From Adineta vaga (Eukaryota > Animalia > Rotifera), in the NCBI GenBank assembly GCA_021613535.1, contig CP075494.1:8928001-8992000 (forward strand): a DNA stretch of 64,000 nucleotides, written 5' to 3'. Position 1 is the first letter of the stretch; the number at the start of each line of letters is the position of its first letter. Under the pieces are notes generated by a model. It was not told the origin of the DNA. It ran no database searches and was given only the letters and a program-made list of their open reading frames with translations. Shown one piece after another: positions 51,376 through 64,000 of this stretch. Made by a program: the position numbers and the translations under genes.

Positions 51376-54300
51376 TTAAACAGTCGTCATCATCAATTCC
51401 ATACCACTATGAATTCCATCATTCTGATCATCATCAAAATCAACAGGTGTTAATTCATCACTTGTACCAATAGGTGTATAGGAATAAGTTGCATTTAATG
51501 AACGATTTCGAGCTGTATTGAAACGTGTTGTTGAATCGGCGGATGACGATGAGTGACTTGATAGACCACCAACAACAATAATTGGATTCATTGATTTTAA
51601 ATTTGTATAGTTATGTGTAGGTGAGTCATCCTCATAGCAAAGTCGAGATTTTAAAGGTGATGAACTAGCAATGCGTTTACCATTGGCTAAACTATATGGA
51701 CAATTACTAAGACTATTAGGTTTAATTAGAGATTTCTTCTTGTTAGTTTTCTTATGTGACCGACCAACAAAACATACACTTAATATTATTATCACAATAG
51801 TAATCAATATAATCGAACCAATAATTGTTATCAATACTTGTTTACGACTAGCAAACGAAGATATAACTGATGATTTAAATAAACGAGATGGTTTTAAAGT
51901 CGATTGTATTGATGATCCATGAGCCATTCGTTTACCCTGTTGCAATTGTTCTGCAATAAAATTCTAAATATTAAATAAAAAAAAATTTTGTTAATGTATA
52001 TTATAAAAAACTTCTTTGAGAAATTATTTTGGTATAGATATACTACTTACCGATGATATTTGATCATTCTTTTTCAGTACAGTCAACCAATCTGTTCGAT
52101 TTGAACCCAAAAATAAACGTAATGTTTCAACAATAAGGCATGGTGTTGGCTGACCATGATCACTGATTTGTATGTGTAAAATAATTAATGATTCTTCTTG
52201 AATTAAACTTGAATTTGTTTGTACAAATAAAGTTCCATTAGAATATAAATAAATGAATGATGGTGCTGTGTGAGATGATAGTTCAAATATAATTTGTCCA
52301 TTTTGACCTTGATCATTATCGGATGCAATTAGATGCATTAGAAAATCTTGTTGTGTGATATCACGATTAATCATTATGAAAGATCTTTCAATATGCAATT
52401 GTGGACAATTATCATTTTCATCAAGAATTTCAATTGAAAATGAAATATTTGTTGATTGAGGTGAATTACCGTTATCAGATATAGTAAGTAACAATTGATA
52501 CGAAGATATTAATTCACGATCTATTGAACCATTGACAATAATGATTATTTCAATGGTAGACTAGAATACAAAAGAAAATGAATGTTTTCATTCATTTAAT
52601 AAATACTTAGAAAGAGTAGATTTGTTTTGCTGAAATTTATATGTTAATCAAGTCTCCTCTAACATTCGTATTAATATGTAAATAACTAAGTAATCTTCAG
52701 AAGAAATTATTTGATGAGTATTACTCATTCAATCTACTATTATTATTCAACAATATAATTGTTATTCTTACGTCAGATGCATTGTTTTTCGTTATGATTT
52801 CAAATGGAATATTTGATTTTGTTTTATTTGCTTCTTTATCATCAAACCACCAACGTGCATGTATATTCATCTGTCCGTTTTCAATATTTTTATCATCATC
52901 ACGACAGGATATTGTACTAACAATAGTTCCTTGTTTACTATTTTCCATAATAAATAATGATGCACTGTTTTTATCAATATTGCAAATAGGTGGATATTCA
53001 TTACGAGGAACAATAATAAACGTTACTGTTGCATTTGAAGATAATGGTGGTATACCTAGTACAAAAATTGACAAGAGTTTGGATTTAATTTCATTTTAAA
53101 CATATCTTGGTTTTATATCTCGCAAAAAGTTGATGGTAGAGCTTTATAAATCAAATCTACTTCTATTCAAAAACAATAGCATGTCAAATGATAATTGTAT
53201 GAACATTATTCATATTCTCTAAAATTCAAAACATACCTTTATCCATTGCTTGAATTTTCAAAAGATAAATGTCTTGTTGTTTTCGATCAAATTCTTTCAT
53301 TGCTCGAATAATTCCTGTTTGTGAATCGATTTGAAAGTATTGATTCTTTGAATTTAAAATCGAATAACTTATTTCTCCATTTCGACCTTGATCAAAATCA
53401 TCGGCTTGAATTTGATAAATTTCATATCCATTCGAATAATTGATTTTGACATGTTCACTTATTGTTACACGAATATCATCTTGTCGAAATCTTGGTGCGT
53501 TATCATTTTCATCCAAGATATTGATATGAATATTTAAATGACTCGATTTTGATTTCGGTTTGCCATGATCATGTGCTTCAAGTTTGAAATTATATTCCGA
53601 TATATATTCTCGATCAAGTAAACGTTTTGTACGTATTTCACCTGTTGTTTCTGTTAAACGAATTAATTCGAAAGGTAAAGATGGTATTCGATCAAGACGC
53701 CATGTAACACGTCCATTGTCACCAGAATCTTGATCAGTTATGGCAAGAGATAATATTAGAGAATTTATAGGTAATGATTCACTTAAAGAAAGATCTACAT
53801 TTCTCAAACCATGTTGAATATCATTGGGATAAATATCAATGAGTGGATAATTATCATTTTCATCGATGAGATAGATAATTAATCTAATTAAACGAATGTT
53901 GAATAGATATTTCAAAAGAAAAACAAAAAAAAACGAAGAAGAAACTTACGTGCAAAACTCTGTTTTTGATCCTTCACCTCCATCTCTTGCTTCAATTTCT
54001 ACTCGATAGGTTGTCTTTGTTTCATAATCTAATAGGCAGACAAGTCGTACATCACCTGTCATTTGATCAATATCAAAACAATTATCTCGATTTATCAAAT
54101 GATATGTAATTTCGCCATTGACACCTTCATCATCATCAGTTGCATGCACTCGAATAAGAATGGAATTAATAGAAAGATTTTCACTAATATTATGAATTGT
54201 ATATGTTGATTGATCAAATTTTGGTGGTGAATCATTAACATCATCAATGTGAAGATAAACATGTAAGATGCCTGTTTGATTTCCACCATCATGAGCAATG

Positions 54301-55152
54301 ATATCAAATATGTAGGATGCAATCAATTCTCGGTCAAGATTTTCTTCAATAACTAGTGATAAATCACCCCGTGCTAAATCATATCGGAGAGAAAATGGAA
54401 GAGCAGTTGAGGACGTGATTGAATATCCTTAAAATAGAACAAATATCAATCAATAGAATGAACTTCAAGAACATAAACTTTAATGTATATCGATCTGCGT
54501 TCTAAATGATCTTCAAAGCAAAAACTAGACAAAGATATCGGCGTTTTTTTTTGTATAGTCCTTCAATGACACTCTTCAAGAGACGAAAAAAGAAAACGAG
54601 AAATCTATTTTTTATACCAATAATTCCATTTTGTCCTTGATCATGATCAATAGCTGGTTCAAGTTTAATCATAGCTCCAATTGGTGCATTTTCGACAATA
54701 GTTAAATTTAATTGATTATTTACACTTGAAAATTGTGGAGTATGATCATTTTGATCAAGTATACGTATGGTAATTAATTCAATATTGAATTGATCACTAT
54801 TAACAAAAATTTCAAGTTCTAAATCACACCATGTATCACAACGACAACGACGTAAACGACATAATTCATCGCGATCAATTTCTTTACGTATTGTTAAAAT
54901 TCCACGTGACGAATGATTAATTAAAAAGAACATATAAGGAAATTCGTCACGTCTAGCTAGAGTAAAATCGACACTATTACTCTCGGTTAAATTTTGTGAT
55001 AATAAAAGACGTCGAAGATTTGTAACTTCACTGTGAACGGGTAATTTTTCCAATATACGAATAATGAAATGTTCTTGTTGTTGTTGAGAATAACAACAAT
55101 AAAACATAATCAATCCAGCAAATATATAGAGATTAAAGACGATTGAAGGCAT
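51376..55152 (-). CDS. Protocadherin (about six cadherin repeats, TM, cytoplasmic tail)
   Basis: Six exons with a signal peptide. Repeated DRE/LDYE, DxNDNxPxF and AxDxDxGxNG motifs. TM IIGSIILITIVIIILSVCFV. Ends in -TTV, a class I PDZ-binding motif. Confidence 0.92.
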
Positions 55153-55792
55153 GGCATGATGAGAGAAATCTAACAAATTACAATCATACCATTATTTCAA
55201 CATTCTAGAAGAGGAAGAAGAGAAAAAAAGATAGAAAGAAAAAACTTCAAGTTCATTATTTGAAACAAGATTGACAATTAGACTGTCTATCCGGAAATGG
55301 TCAAACAGTTGTATTTGTCTATCATATCGATGATCATGTTACACATTATTATTTCGAGAATAGGAATTGTATATATGATCACTTAAGGAAATATCTCATT
55401 TAACATTATGACAAGTTAGATGAGATATAGAAAGAGAAAGTAACAAAAAAAACGATTCAAGTCAATAGCTATGACATGACCATTAGAACGATTGCTAAAA
55501 TGCCCGTTGGCATTGAATGTCTGTCTATTGCTTGTCTCGACAGTTGTTACAACTTTAAAAAAAATATTATTTTTCTCATATAAACGTCATCCTCGAACAC
55601 GAAAAAGGACAATCTTCACACATAGAAGTACTATTATCAAAATTTTTCAGATTAAAATCTATACCTTAATCGAATGAGTATATCAGACGATCAATAAGAG
55701 TAATACTACTTGTTGTTATTGTATATAGACACATTTTATTTGTTTCACTATGACCTACACACATTCATACAGTTTTAATCAATTTTGTATTC

Positions 55793-55817
55793 TCTCTTTC
55801 TCTCTCTCTCTCTCTCT
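55793..55817. repeat. (TC)n microsatellite upstream of the protocadherin
   Basis: Directly visible. Similar AG/TC runs occur at ~19678, ~44783 and ~50796. Confidence 0.85.
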
Positions 55818-58795
55818 ATCTAATTCACTTCTTCTCTCATCATAAAACAAGAAGCCGCCAATACGGGCATCGTCTCTCGTATCTCCTTACGTGTAATTGC
55901 ACTCGACACCATCGCCTCGTTCATCATCACTCAAGCAAATTGGCTTGAGGCCTGTTCATTCTTCTATATAGTACATATATATGTATATAAATACCTACTT
56001 GACTGTCTCGTTTTTCCTTCATATAAGCCAATATATAAAATGTCTTACGTGAGCATCATATTAATGAGCATAATTTTTCTTCATTTATTGATAAACATCG
56101 AGTTATTCTTGATGTCTTATGTGAATAATAGAGTATGCCATCACCTGTTCTCTTTCTATTTGCTAGATGCCGAAGAAAATAAATAAACAAATATTTCGTC
56201 AGTTAGCAATGACAGATGTTCGTATGTATGTCGCACGGATGTGATCAATCAAATAGCAAACAAAGACAAGAGTATTCGATGATGTTTGCCTTTCATTAGA
56301 TTTGTCCTCGTATGATGTCTTCCGTTTTTCTAAAAAGGAAAAACGATGTAGTTATCTTAACAATTATTTACTATTGTCATTTTCAGATTAATCATTACTG
56401 AACAGAAGAAAAGATAAATGACCATCAATATGTATAGAGTCTTCTAATCTAGAGAAAAAAAAAGGAGAAAAATAATTAATAATTGATCTATAATATAGAA
56501 TGATACTTATTGCTTCAGGGATTAAAAAATCATCGTCTCGAGTGAACGACAATCAATAAACAAAACTATTCATCTCAAAGAATATTGGTCGACGAACGAA
56601 TGAAATAAAAGGTGTGCGTGTGAACATCTTCATATGAATACATTCTATACGATAGGATAAAGACGATTCAATTAAAACTGTGTCTTACTTTGATCTATAT
56701 CTGAATGAATAGCATACTTTTCTATCCGACTGTGTCGATGACAATTTTCTTCTTTAAGATGTCGCAAACATTCTTTCTTACTTTGTATATATTCATATAC
56801 AGATGCTCGGATTGAGGCGAATAATCGAATCAACAAAGGAGACACAAAGACAGAAGAAAGTATAAATGCATGTATACTTTTTCTAATGCTTGATGATCGT
56901 TTTATTTGACTATCGAACAACATATTTTTTTTCTTTCACTCTTCTTACTTAATACAATCTTCAATATCAATTGAATCTTTTGTTGATATTCAATCAAAAC
57001 AATTGAATATATGTAAGTGAATATGACAACTGTAATATTGATATTCTATGCTCAACATTCTCAGTGATTATTGTCGATGATGTAATTCTATCATATCTTA
57101 ACAAGAAGATTACCTCGAAGAAAACATATATATATATATATGGAATGTAGAAAAAATAATCATAACAAAAAAGCAATTGTATCTTTGCAAGTTTAGTCAC
57201 GATGACTATGTTGAACTGATTGTTCTGACAAGAAAGAATAACATTATCAATATCATCAATTTAACATGCCACAAACAAAAAGAAAAAAAAGAACGACGAG
57301 ACAGAAAGAGGAGAAGAAGGAGAAGAAAAAGAAATCAATGACTTCCGTTGATCACTCCTTTTTCTTCCGAAATAGACATGAAAATCAGATTAGTCTTCTT
57401 ACTTGCTATCGCCATCGGGCGACACAGTTGAGAAAGTTCAATTAATCGGGCAGATTTCTATTCAATTATGATTTCTGTTCTGATCATGGATTGACTCAAT
57501 CAAGATTCTCTTTTGTTCTTTATATATATATATCAGTCAGAATAGATCTTTGTTCTAACTAAGAATTACTGCTGTTATCCTCTAATAATGATAAATGAAC
57601 ATGTTCTAATTGTACATTGATGATGTTGTTATTGAAGATAAGATAGAACAATTGTTATGCATGTCAATCTTACTACATACTCTAGTTAGTTATGTATGTT
57701 CATCAATTAGAAAACTAAGTGCGAATACGAGAGAATGTCGTTCAATACAAATTTTCTTCTCTATCTCTCAAGTATAATCGATCTTGAAGATGATGTAATC
57801 GATTTTCTTTTACATTATTTTCATACATGGTCATAGTTTGAATTCTTTCGGTTCTTTTTGTCTTTTCGCCTGTCCATTCATTATTATTTGTATCTCCAGA
57901 GACTCGTCGCGTTCCGCGTATGTAATTTTACATAAGTTTCTCATTGTCTAACTAGAGTTGAGTTCAATGTTCGAAAGAAACAATCATCGTGACAATATCT
58001 CTTGAGAGATGCAAAGCGGTAATAACGACGCCGCCCAATATTCTCATTAGCGTGACGATTGTGCTTGTGTCAAGGATAAAAGTAAAAAAAAAGAACAATT
58101 AGAAATAAAAATTTATAATCAACATCAATTGATCTTCATTATATTAATTATTTATCAGGAAAGAAACGGGATTTAAGTGAAATCATCTATGAACAATGAA
58201 TAATGAAATTTCTTTTTTGTATTAAAAATATGTTGATGAACACATTCTTCATCGCTGATGCAACCTAATACTATCATGAGAATAGATGACATTAAGTTTG
58301 ATGTCTTCTCAGTACTTGATGATCGTGTTCTTCTATGATTTAAACTTTTTTTTATGTAGAACACTTTTCTCTACAAAAGTTCACATTTCTTCAGCTAATT
58401 TGATATTATATGAGAATCGAACCTGTTTCCGGTACAACTCTCTTAAAGTAAAGTTATCAGCAAAGGGAAAAGTCAGACAATCAAGTAGGTATTGGCATCA
58501 ATAGTTCAATTTATACAGATTTTTCATAGAAAGAAAATCTAAGAAATCAGGAACATTTCCGTTATGCATGTAAACTTTTATTAATGAAAATAAATCGGCT
58601 AACTATATGTATATAGGATAGATCACAATGTATAGTCAATAGCTACAGAGAAAAGAAAACATCAAATAGACTAATTTATTTTGAATCGATCACTTTTTTA
58701 ACGAAACAGTTATTTGTCTAATTAAAAAAGTAACAAAATTAGTATATCGATTTCTTCTCTGTTTAGTTGTGCATAATGCTCAAATGAGTATTGTA

Positions 58796-59224
58796 TTAAA
58801 GTTTTTCATTATTAAAATTCAATCGTCGATCAAATTCAGATTTTGTAATGGTGTGATCATGATTGATGTCAAAGAATTTGAATAGATCGCTGTCGGAACT
58901 GGATAGATATGAATGATGATTTGTGTCTCGTCGAACACGCCATCGACCAACAATTGAATGGTATTCATGTAACTAAAAAGAATCAAAATATTCAATCAGT
59001 GTATATTCAAAGATTTGATCTTACTTTTTGAAGATATCGTTTCAATTCGGTTTTTGTACGAAAATATTCTGGACGTTTTGGTGGTGCTATATAAAAATAA
59101 GTACTTTGGTTTTTCGACTGATGAAATCAAATTCATTACCTGGTACACTAGTAAATATTCCTTGAGCCAAATTAGCCGAAATAATGATTAATAATATCAA
59201 TGTAACTTTGACTGTTAGGATCAT
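58796..59224 (-). CDS. NPF: Neuropeptide F/Y-like precursor with a C-terminal EF-hand (107 aa; not in the ORF track)
   Basis: Exons 59224-59140, 59086-59025 and 58972-58796 with GT-AG introns of 53 and 52 nt. Translation: MILTVKVTLILLIIISANLAQG-IFTSVPAPPKRPEYFRTKTELKRYLQKLHEYHSIVGRWRV-RR-DTNHHSYLSSSDSDLFKFFDINHDHTITKSEFDRRLNFNNEKL. Confidence 0.88.
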
Positions 59225-61943
59225 GTTTTGATAGTAATCTATAAATAAATCTCAAGAACCAGCTGTTCAAGAATGTATATAGGACTCTGATGGCATATAT
59301 TAGTTTATCATGAAATGGAAGGTATCAATGAAGAAGAGGATCGTAAACTATTATTGCGAAAGAAATGAAAAGCATGAAAATTATCTTTGATATTCATCAA
59401 ACACATTAATTGTTTTAGTCAAGTCTTGAAATTACCTGTGACAAAAAGGAAAAGTCATGTTTCTATCGTCTGATACACATAAAAGGAATTCTTTAGGTTC
59501 GCGAAGATGGCTGCTGCGATTTCTAGACACTATTTTTAACAAATAAGCACAACAAACAATATAAACACATGATAATGTATTGAGTCGAAATTCCTGTGCA
59601 TATTCTTCGTATCAGACAAACGTTACATAAAGCAACGATTGTTTTATGTATAAGTTCAATTTGTCAACGTTGTCTAAAACAGATGATAGAGCTATGAGAA
59701 ATATCTTAAACAATAACATAGCAGACTTCATATAGCAGAGTGTTGAATGTATGAAAATAAGAATGAAAGTATAGATAGTCTCTAATCCAAGCGCTTAGCA
59801 TATTCAATGTTAATAACAAAGTTCAGGATAAAAAGCTACTTCTGGAAAGACAACATTCTCGTATAAAGCGCATCTTATATAGACAGTACTTTAAAATGTT
59901 CTTTTTTATTATTGAATGTACGGTATTAAATAGTTTAAAATAACATTCAAAGCATGATTTCATTGACATATAACTATATCCCAATGAGTTCCTGTAATTG
60001 ATACGCTCTTAAACAACTGACTTTCTCTAGGTATAGTCTTGCATCTATCCAGACCAAAAATTTATTTCTATGCCTTCTAATATGTCTGCGGCGGAAGCCG
60101 AGGGTGTTCGATAGGCATTATGATTTCAAATTTGCAGAAAATCAGCATTTTGTTTTTTAGATGACATGGAAAAAAAGGCAAGATGCATTCCGTTTGTTCA
60201 CTCAAGTGTAACAAAAGAAAACTTTGGATATATCTAAATATTAATCGCAAATATATTATTAACAAATGAAGAAGTAACTTTTAAATATATGGAAGTTTTA
60301 CCACACACGAAAGAGTTCAAAAACAATGTCGTACATTCTTCTATTTTATATATTGTTAGAAAATGTATTGAGGAGCAGTAGATGCTAACCAGATCACGAG
60401 ATTGATTTTCTCTTATATCATTTTCAAGTAGTTTATTACTTGAGCTACTCTTTGATGATGTTTGATTTTATTCATAAAGTCGAGCAAAAGTATGTATAAT
60501 GATCAAAAAAACGACTTTCTGAACTATCTTTCTCGAACGTTTTGACTAATAGCTTCAGAGAATTGACTTTAAAAAACTATCTATCGGAGTAGTTAATTTT
60601 ATTTAAAAGACTTTATTTATAGAGTCAATGTCAATCTACTGCGAGAGATTTTGAGATTATCTACAAAATGCAAAACACAAGAATGTATTTACATTGATAA
60701 AAAATCAAAAGAACATTCTGAAACTACCGTTTGAAGTTCTAAGAACTGCTACAATAGTTTTTTATAATCAAAATCTAAATCTTTGGTCGTTCAGGTTAAT
60801 CAGAATATCTTAGATTTGATAGAGCTATAGAATGAAAACCTACATCTTACTGAAATATAAGACAGCTTAGGATTTAATTATTTAAGATTATTACGAAGAG
60901 ATTGTCCAACTAAATATCTAATAAAATTAAGTATCTTATTGTTGAATACAAAAGTTAGCCTATCTTGTCTGACTAACTAAGTTGACTAGTGAAACAATAA
61001 ATACGTATATGATGTTTAAAATAAATAATCATTATCATTGAATAGGAATATGACTTGTTATAATGGAACTATGGCCAATTTTTTATGAACGTCGAGTTTA
61101 TACTTTAAGTTATATGATATTCAGCAAGTACGAGCAAAGGTGATACATTTATTTTCTATTCTAATATTAAGTTTTTAAAAGGAAGAAGAACTGCTGTACT
61201 AGATATACTCTCAATCCTTGTGATAATTTCTATTAAATGCATTGAGTATAATATTTTCTTCTTCTATAAAACTGTAAAAATAGCATGACATAACTAACAC
61301 TTCATTCTCACATGGATTCTTGAGTTTACCTATTATCACCCATCTAAAAATCTCTTTATAGTTCAAACATTTCCTTACTATCCAACTGTGATATATATAT
61401 ATATATATATATATAAATACGTTAACGATAGAACTAAACGTACAGATGTTGATAATGAACTTCATATCTACTAATTCATGAGTGGATGCAGTGTTAAATA
61501 GAACAAACACGTGAAGCTTCGATAATATCATTACATCAAATTGATTAGAGTCATTTTTCACGTAGGATTTTGATGAACACAGTAATTCGTTGCTCACGTA
61601 GATTTATAAATTGTTGACATTAACTCCGTAATAAAATGAAAAAAAGATTTATAAATATATTACTTAATATTAACAACATGAAGTAGACTTTGAATACAAA
61701 GTCATCATATTAAATCCATAAAAATGAAATATACGAACAATTTCAGGCAAGGTTACATTGACATGTATATAAAAAAAGACCGACAGCAAGCACCCTCTTT
61801 CGTCGAATCCTTATGGGTTAAATCATTGAAACCAATATCTCTGAATTGCTCAATATGTCATCATTCATTTCATATCAGCTTGCGATTGCGATTTGTATTT
61901 TAGATAAATTCATTGCAAAACTAATCTTTTGATTTCTGTAGAT

Positions 61944-63812
61944 ATGGACTATTCAAATCGCATTCTCTGTGGTCCAATGGTACGAATCTCCAGTCTTCCA
62001 TTCCGTCTTCTAGCACTTGAATATGGAGCTGATGTTGTTTTCTCCGAAGAACTAATCGATTATCGTCTAACTCAATGTGTTCGAATAGAAAATGGTATCT
62101 TAATGAAAGATAATTATGAATGAATTGTTCATCTTTTGTTTCCTTAGAACTATTCAATACAATTGATTTTTTTGTACCTGGAGAAGATCGACCAATGTTA
62201 CAAATTCATAAAACTCGAGAACAAAATCGTCTTGTTGTTCAATTAGGTACATCGGATGGTCAACGAGCATTAAATGCTGCTCGACTTGTCGAAAAAGATG
62301 TTGCTGGAATTGATATCAATATGGGTTGTCCGAAAAAATTTTCTATTCAAGGAGGAATGGGTTCAGCACTACTTGATCATCCCGATAAAGTCAAACAAGT
62401 ATGAAATCTGTCAAATGTTGTATCTTAAATTAAATGTAACTTTTTTAATAATATTTAGATTCTGGAAACTTTAGTAAATAATTTATCAATTCCAGTATCA
62501 TGTAAAATACGTTGTTTACCGACAATCGGTAAGGAAAAGATTATTCTATTGCCTAAGTATTATCTATTCATAGATAGAAGCGACATTATCACTTGTTCGT
62601 GTCATTGCAAAAACGGGTGTACATGCTATAACAATTCACGGACGAACACGAGATGAACGTCATAATGATCAATGTCGAGAAGCATTTATTCAAGCAATTG
62701 TACAAGAATGTTTACCAAATGTTGTCATTATTGCAAAGTAAAGATTATTTGTTTTGTTGAAAGCGATTAGAATTCTATTTTTGTTTTTAGTGGTGGATCA
62801 ACAGTTATACCATCCTATGCTGATATTGAAAAATTTCGATTACGTTGCGGTCCAGCTCATGGTGTAATGTTATGTCAAACTGCTATGTGGAATCCAAGTA
62901 TATTTCGACCAGATGGACTTCTGTCGGTTCGAGATGTAGCAAAACGATTTCTTGAAATAGTATAGTTTCATTTGTGCATGACTGTTTTTTCATTAAAATA
63001 TGAATTCATAATTTTTTAGAGTTTGGAATTCGATAATATACTTCCAAATATGAAATATGTTCTACAACGAATGTATGGTGTAGCTGATAATCAACTAGAA
63101 TTCTATGAAAAAATCCTTGGGACTGAAACAGAAGCAGAATTATAGTAAGAATAATAAGTTTACGAAATTACAAGACTCATTCTTATTGTTAATTAGTGAT
63201 TTATTTGGTATGAAGAATGATTATGAACAACAATCCGACGAAGAACGACAATTATGGCGTGAAAAATTACGAAATCGATTGATGAATATTTCCGATAGAC
63301 CAGCTGAAAATGATATCATTGAAAAATCAGTCAAATTTATTCGGTAAACAATTTTTATAAGAAATTATAGAAAATATTCAAGTTTTGTTCTTTCTTCATT
63401 AGATCTGAATACACAGCTATGACACCGAAATCCATTTTGAATGCATATTGTATTCAAGCAAATATCGATAAACCTGTCTATCATACTGTATGTTTGTTCT
63501 ATATAGACTTTAATACGAAATCCATTCTTTTCCACTAAATAGGAGGAATTAAAACCTCAACGAATTTTTCGAACAGTAATTGATTTTAATGGTCAACGTT
63601 ATTCCACAACATCTTGGTATGTCGAAAATTGAATCGACATTCATTCATTCATAAAAGCATATGTATTGTTTGTTTCTAGGGAAAAGAATAAACAGTTGGC
63701 AGAACAAGGCAGTGCTATTGTTTGTTTACAATCTAATGGTATCGATCCGACTCGAGCTAAATATGGAATTAATTATATAAAAACTTGTCTTTCAAACCAA
63801 AATAAATTATAA
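61944..63812 (+). CDS. DUS2: tRNA-dihydrouridine(20) synthase with C-terminal dsRBD
   Basis: About ten exons. Motifs GPMVRISSLPFRLLALEYGADVVFSEE, GIDINMGCPKKFSIQGGMGSALL, SCKIR, IHGRTRDER, IANGGS, and dsRBD WEKNKQLAEQGSAIVCL. Confidence 0.95.
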
Positions 63813-64000
63813 TCATGAGTTTGTTTAAGTGATATCAGATTGAAAGTATATGTTTATCTGAATGTTACCAATTAGAATTCGAGAAGATAGTTGAAGGCTA
63901 TCGAAGTGGTTTATTTTGTAAAGATATTACTAATTAAGTTCATGATTTCGTTTTCGACGTCGACAACAACATCGGTAAGAAATTATTAGAATGAGAAAAG

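Noticed and set aside
59225-61943. ORFs 60077-60265 and 61211-61597 and a GC-rich patch near 60085
   Set aside because: No recognisable domain; one ORF runs through a (TA)n microsatellite.
1-64000. CRISPR arrays, rRNA/tRNA genes, intact transposons, prokaryotic operons or terminators
   Set aside because: None seen: no regularly spaced repeats and no transposase, RT or integrase ORFs. The sequence is spliceosomal-intron-rich eukaryotic DNA.

Overview
AT-rich (roughly 70% A+T by eye), gene-dense eukaryotic DNA with very short (about 47-65 nt) GT-AG introns. The intron style, a characteristic expanded orphan-GPCR family, an F-box/LRR relic, a LamG membrane protein and foreign-looking genes interspersed among metazoan genes point to a bdelloid rotifer; this taxon call is an inference. 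About 28 genes can be reconstructed by hand-splicing. Conserved metazoan genes include Pax3/7, an alpha-1,3-fucosyltransferase, stomatin, XLF/NHEJ1, CLCC1, Flower, RPL34, an ankyrin-repeat protein, an RBR E3 ligase, an ENT transporter, ARL5, a protocadherin and DUS2. There are also five 7TM receptors and several horizontal-transfer candidates (MpaB/DUF2236 oxygenase, PLDc_N microprotein, HIUase/transthyretin-like protein). Three spliced genes are invisible to the ORF track: a PLDc_N protein, RPL34, and a neuropeptide F precursor. The most striking items are: (1) an NPF precursor that has lost the RPRF-amide/Gly signal and carries a C-terminal EF-hand; (2) a Pax3/7 lacking the RED subdomain and octapeptide; (3) a tightly packed ARL5 - catalytically dead HIUase-like - nucleoside transporter array resembling a trans-spliced operon; (4) an intronless C-type-lectin/pseudo-protease. 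Four single-base frameshifts all sit in short homopolymers and may be assembly errors. All family assignments are from recalled motifs; no database search was run.
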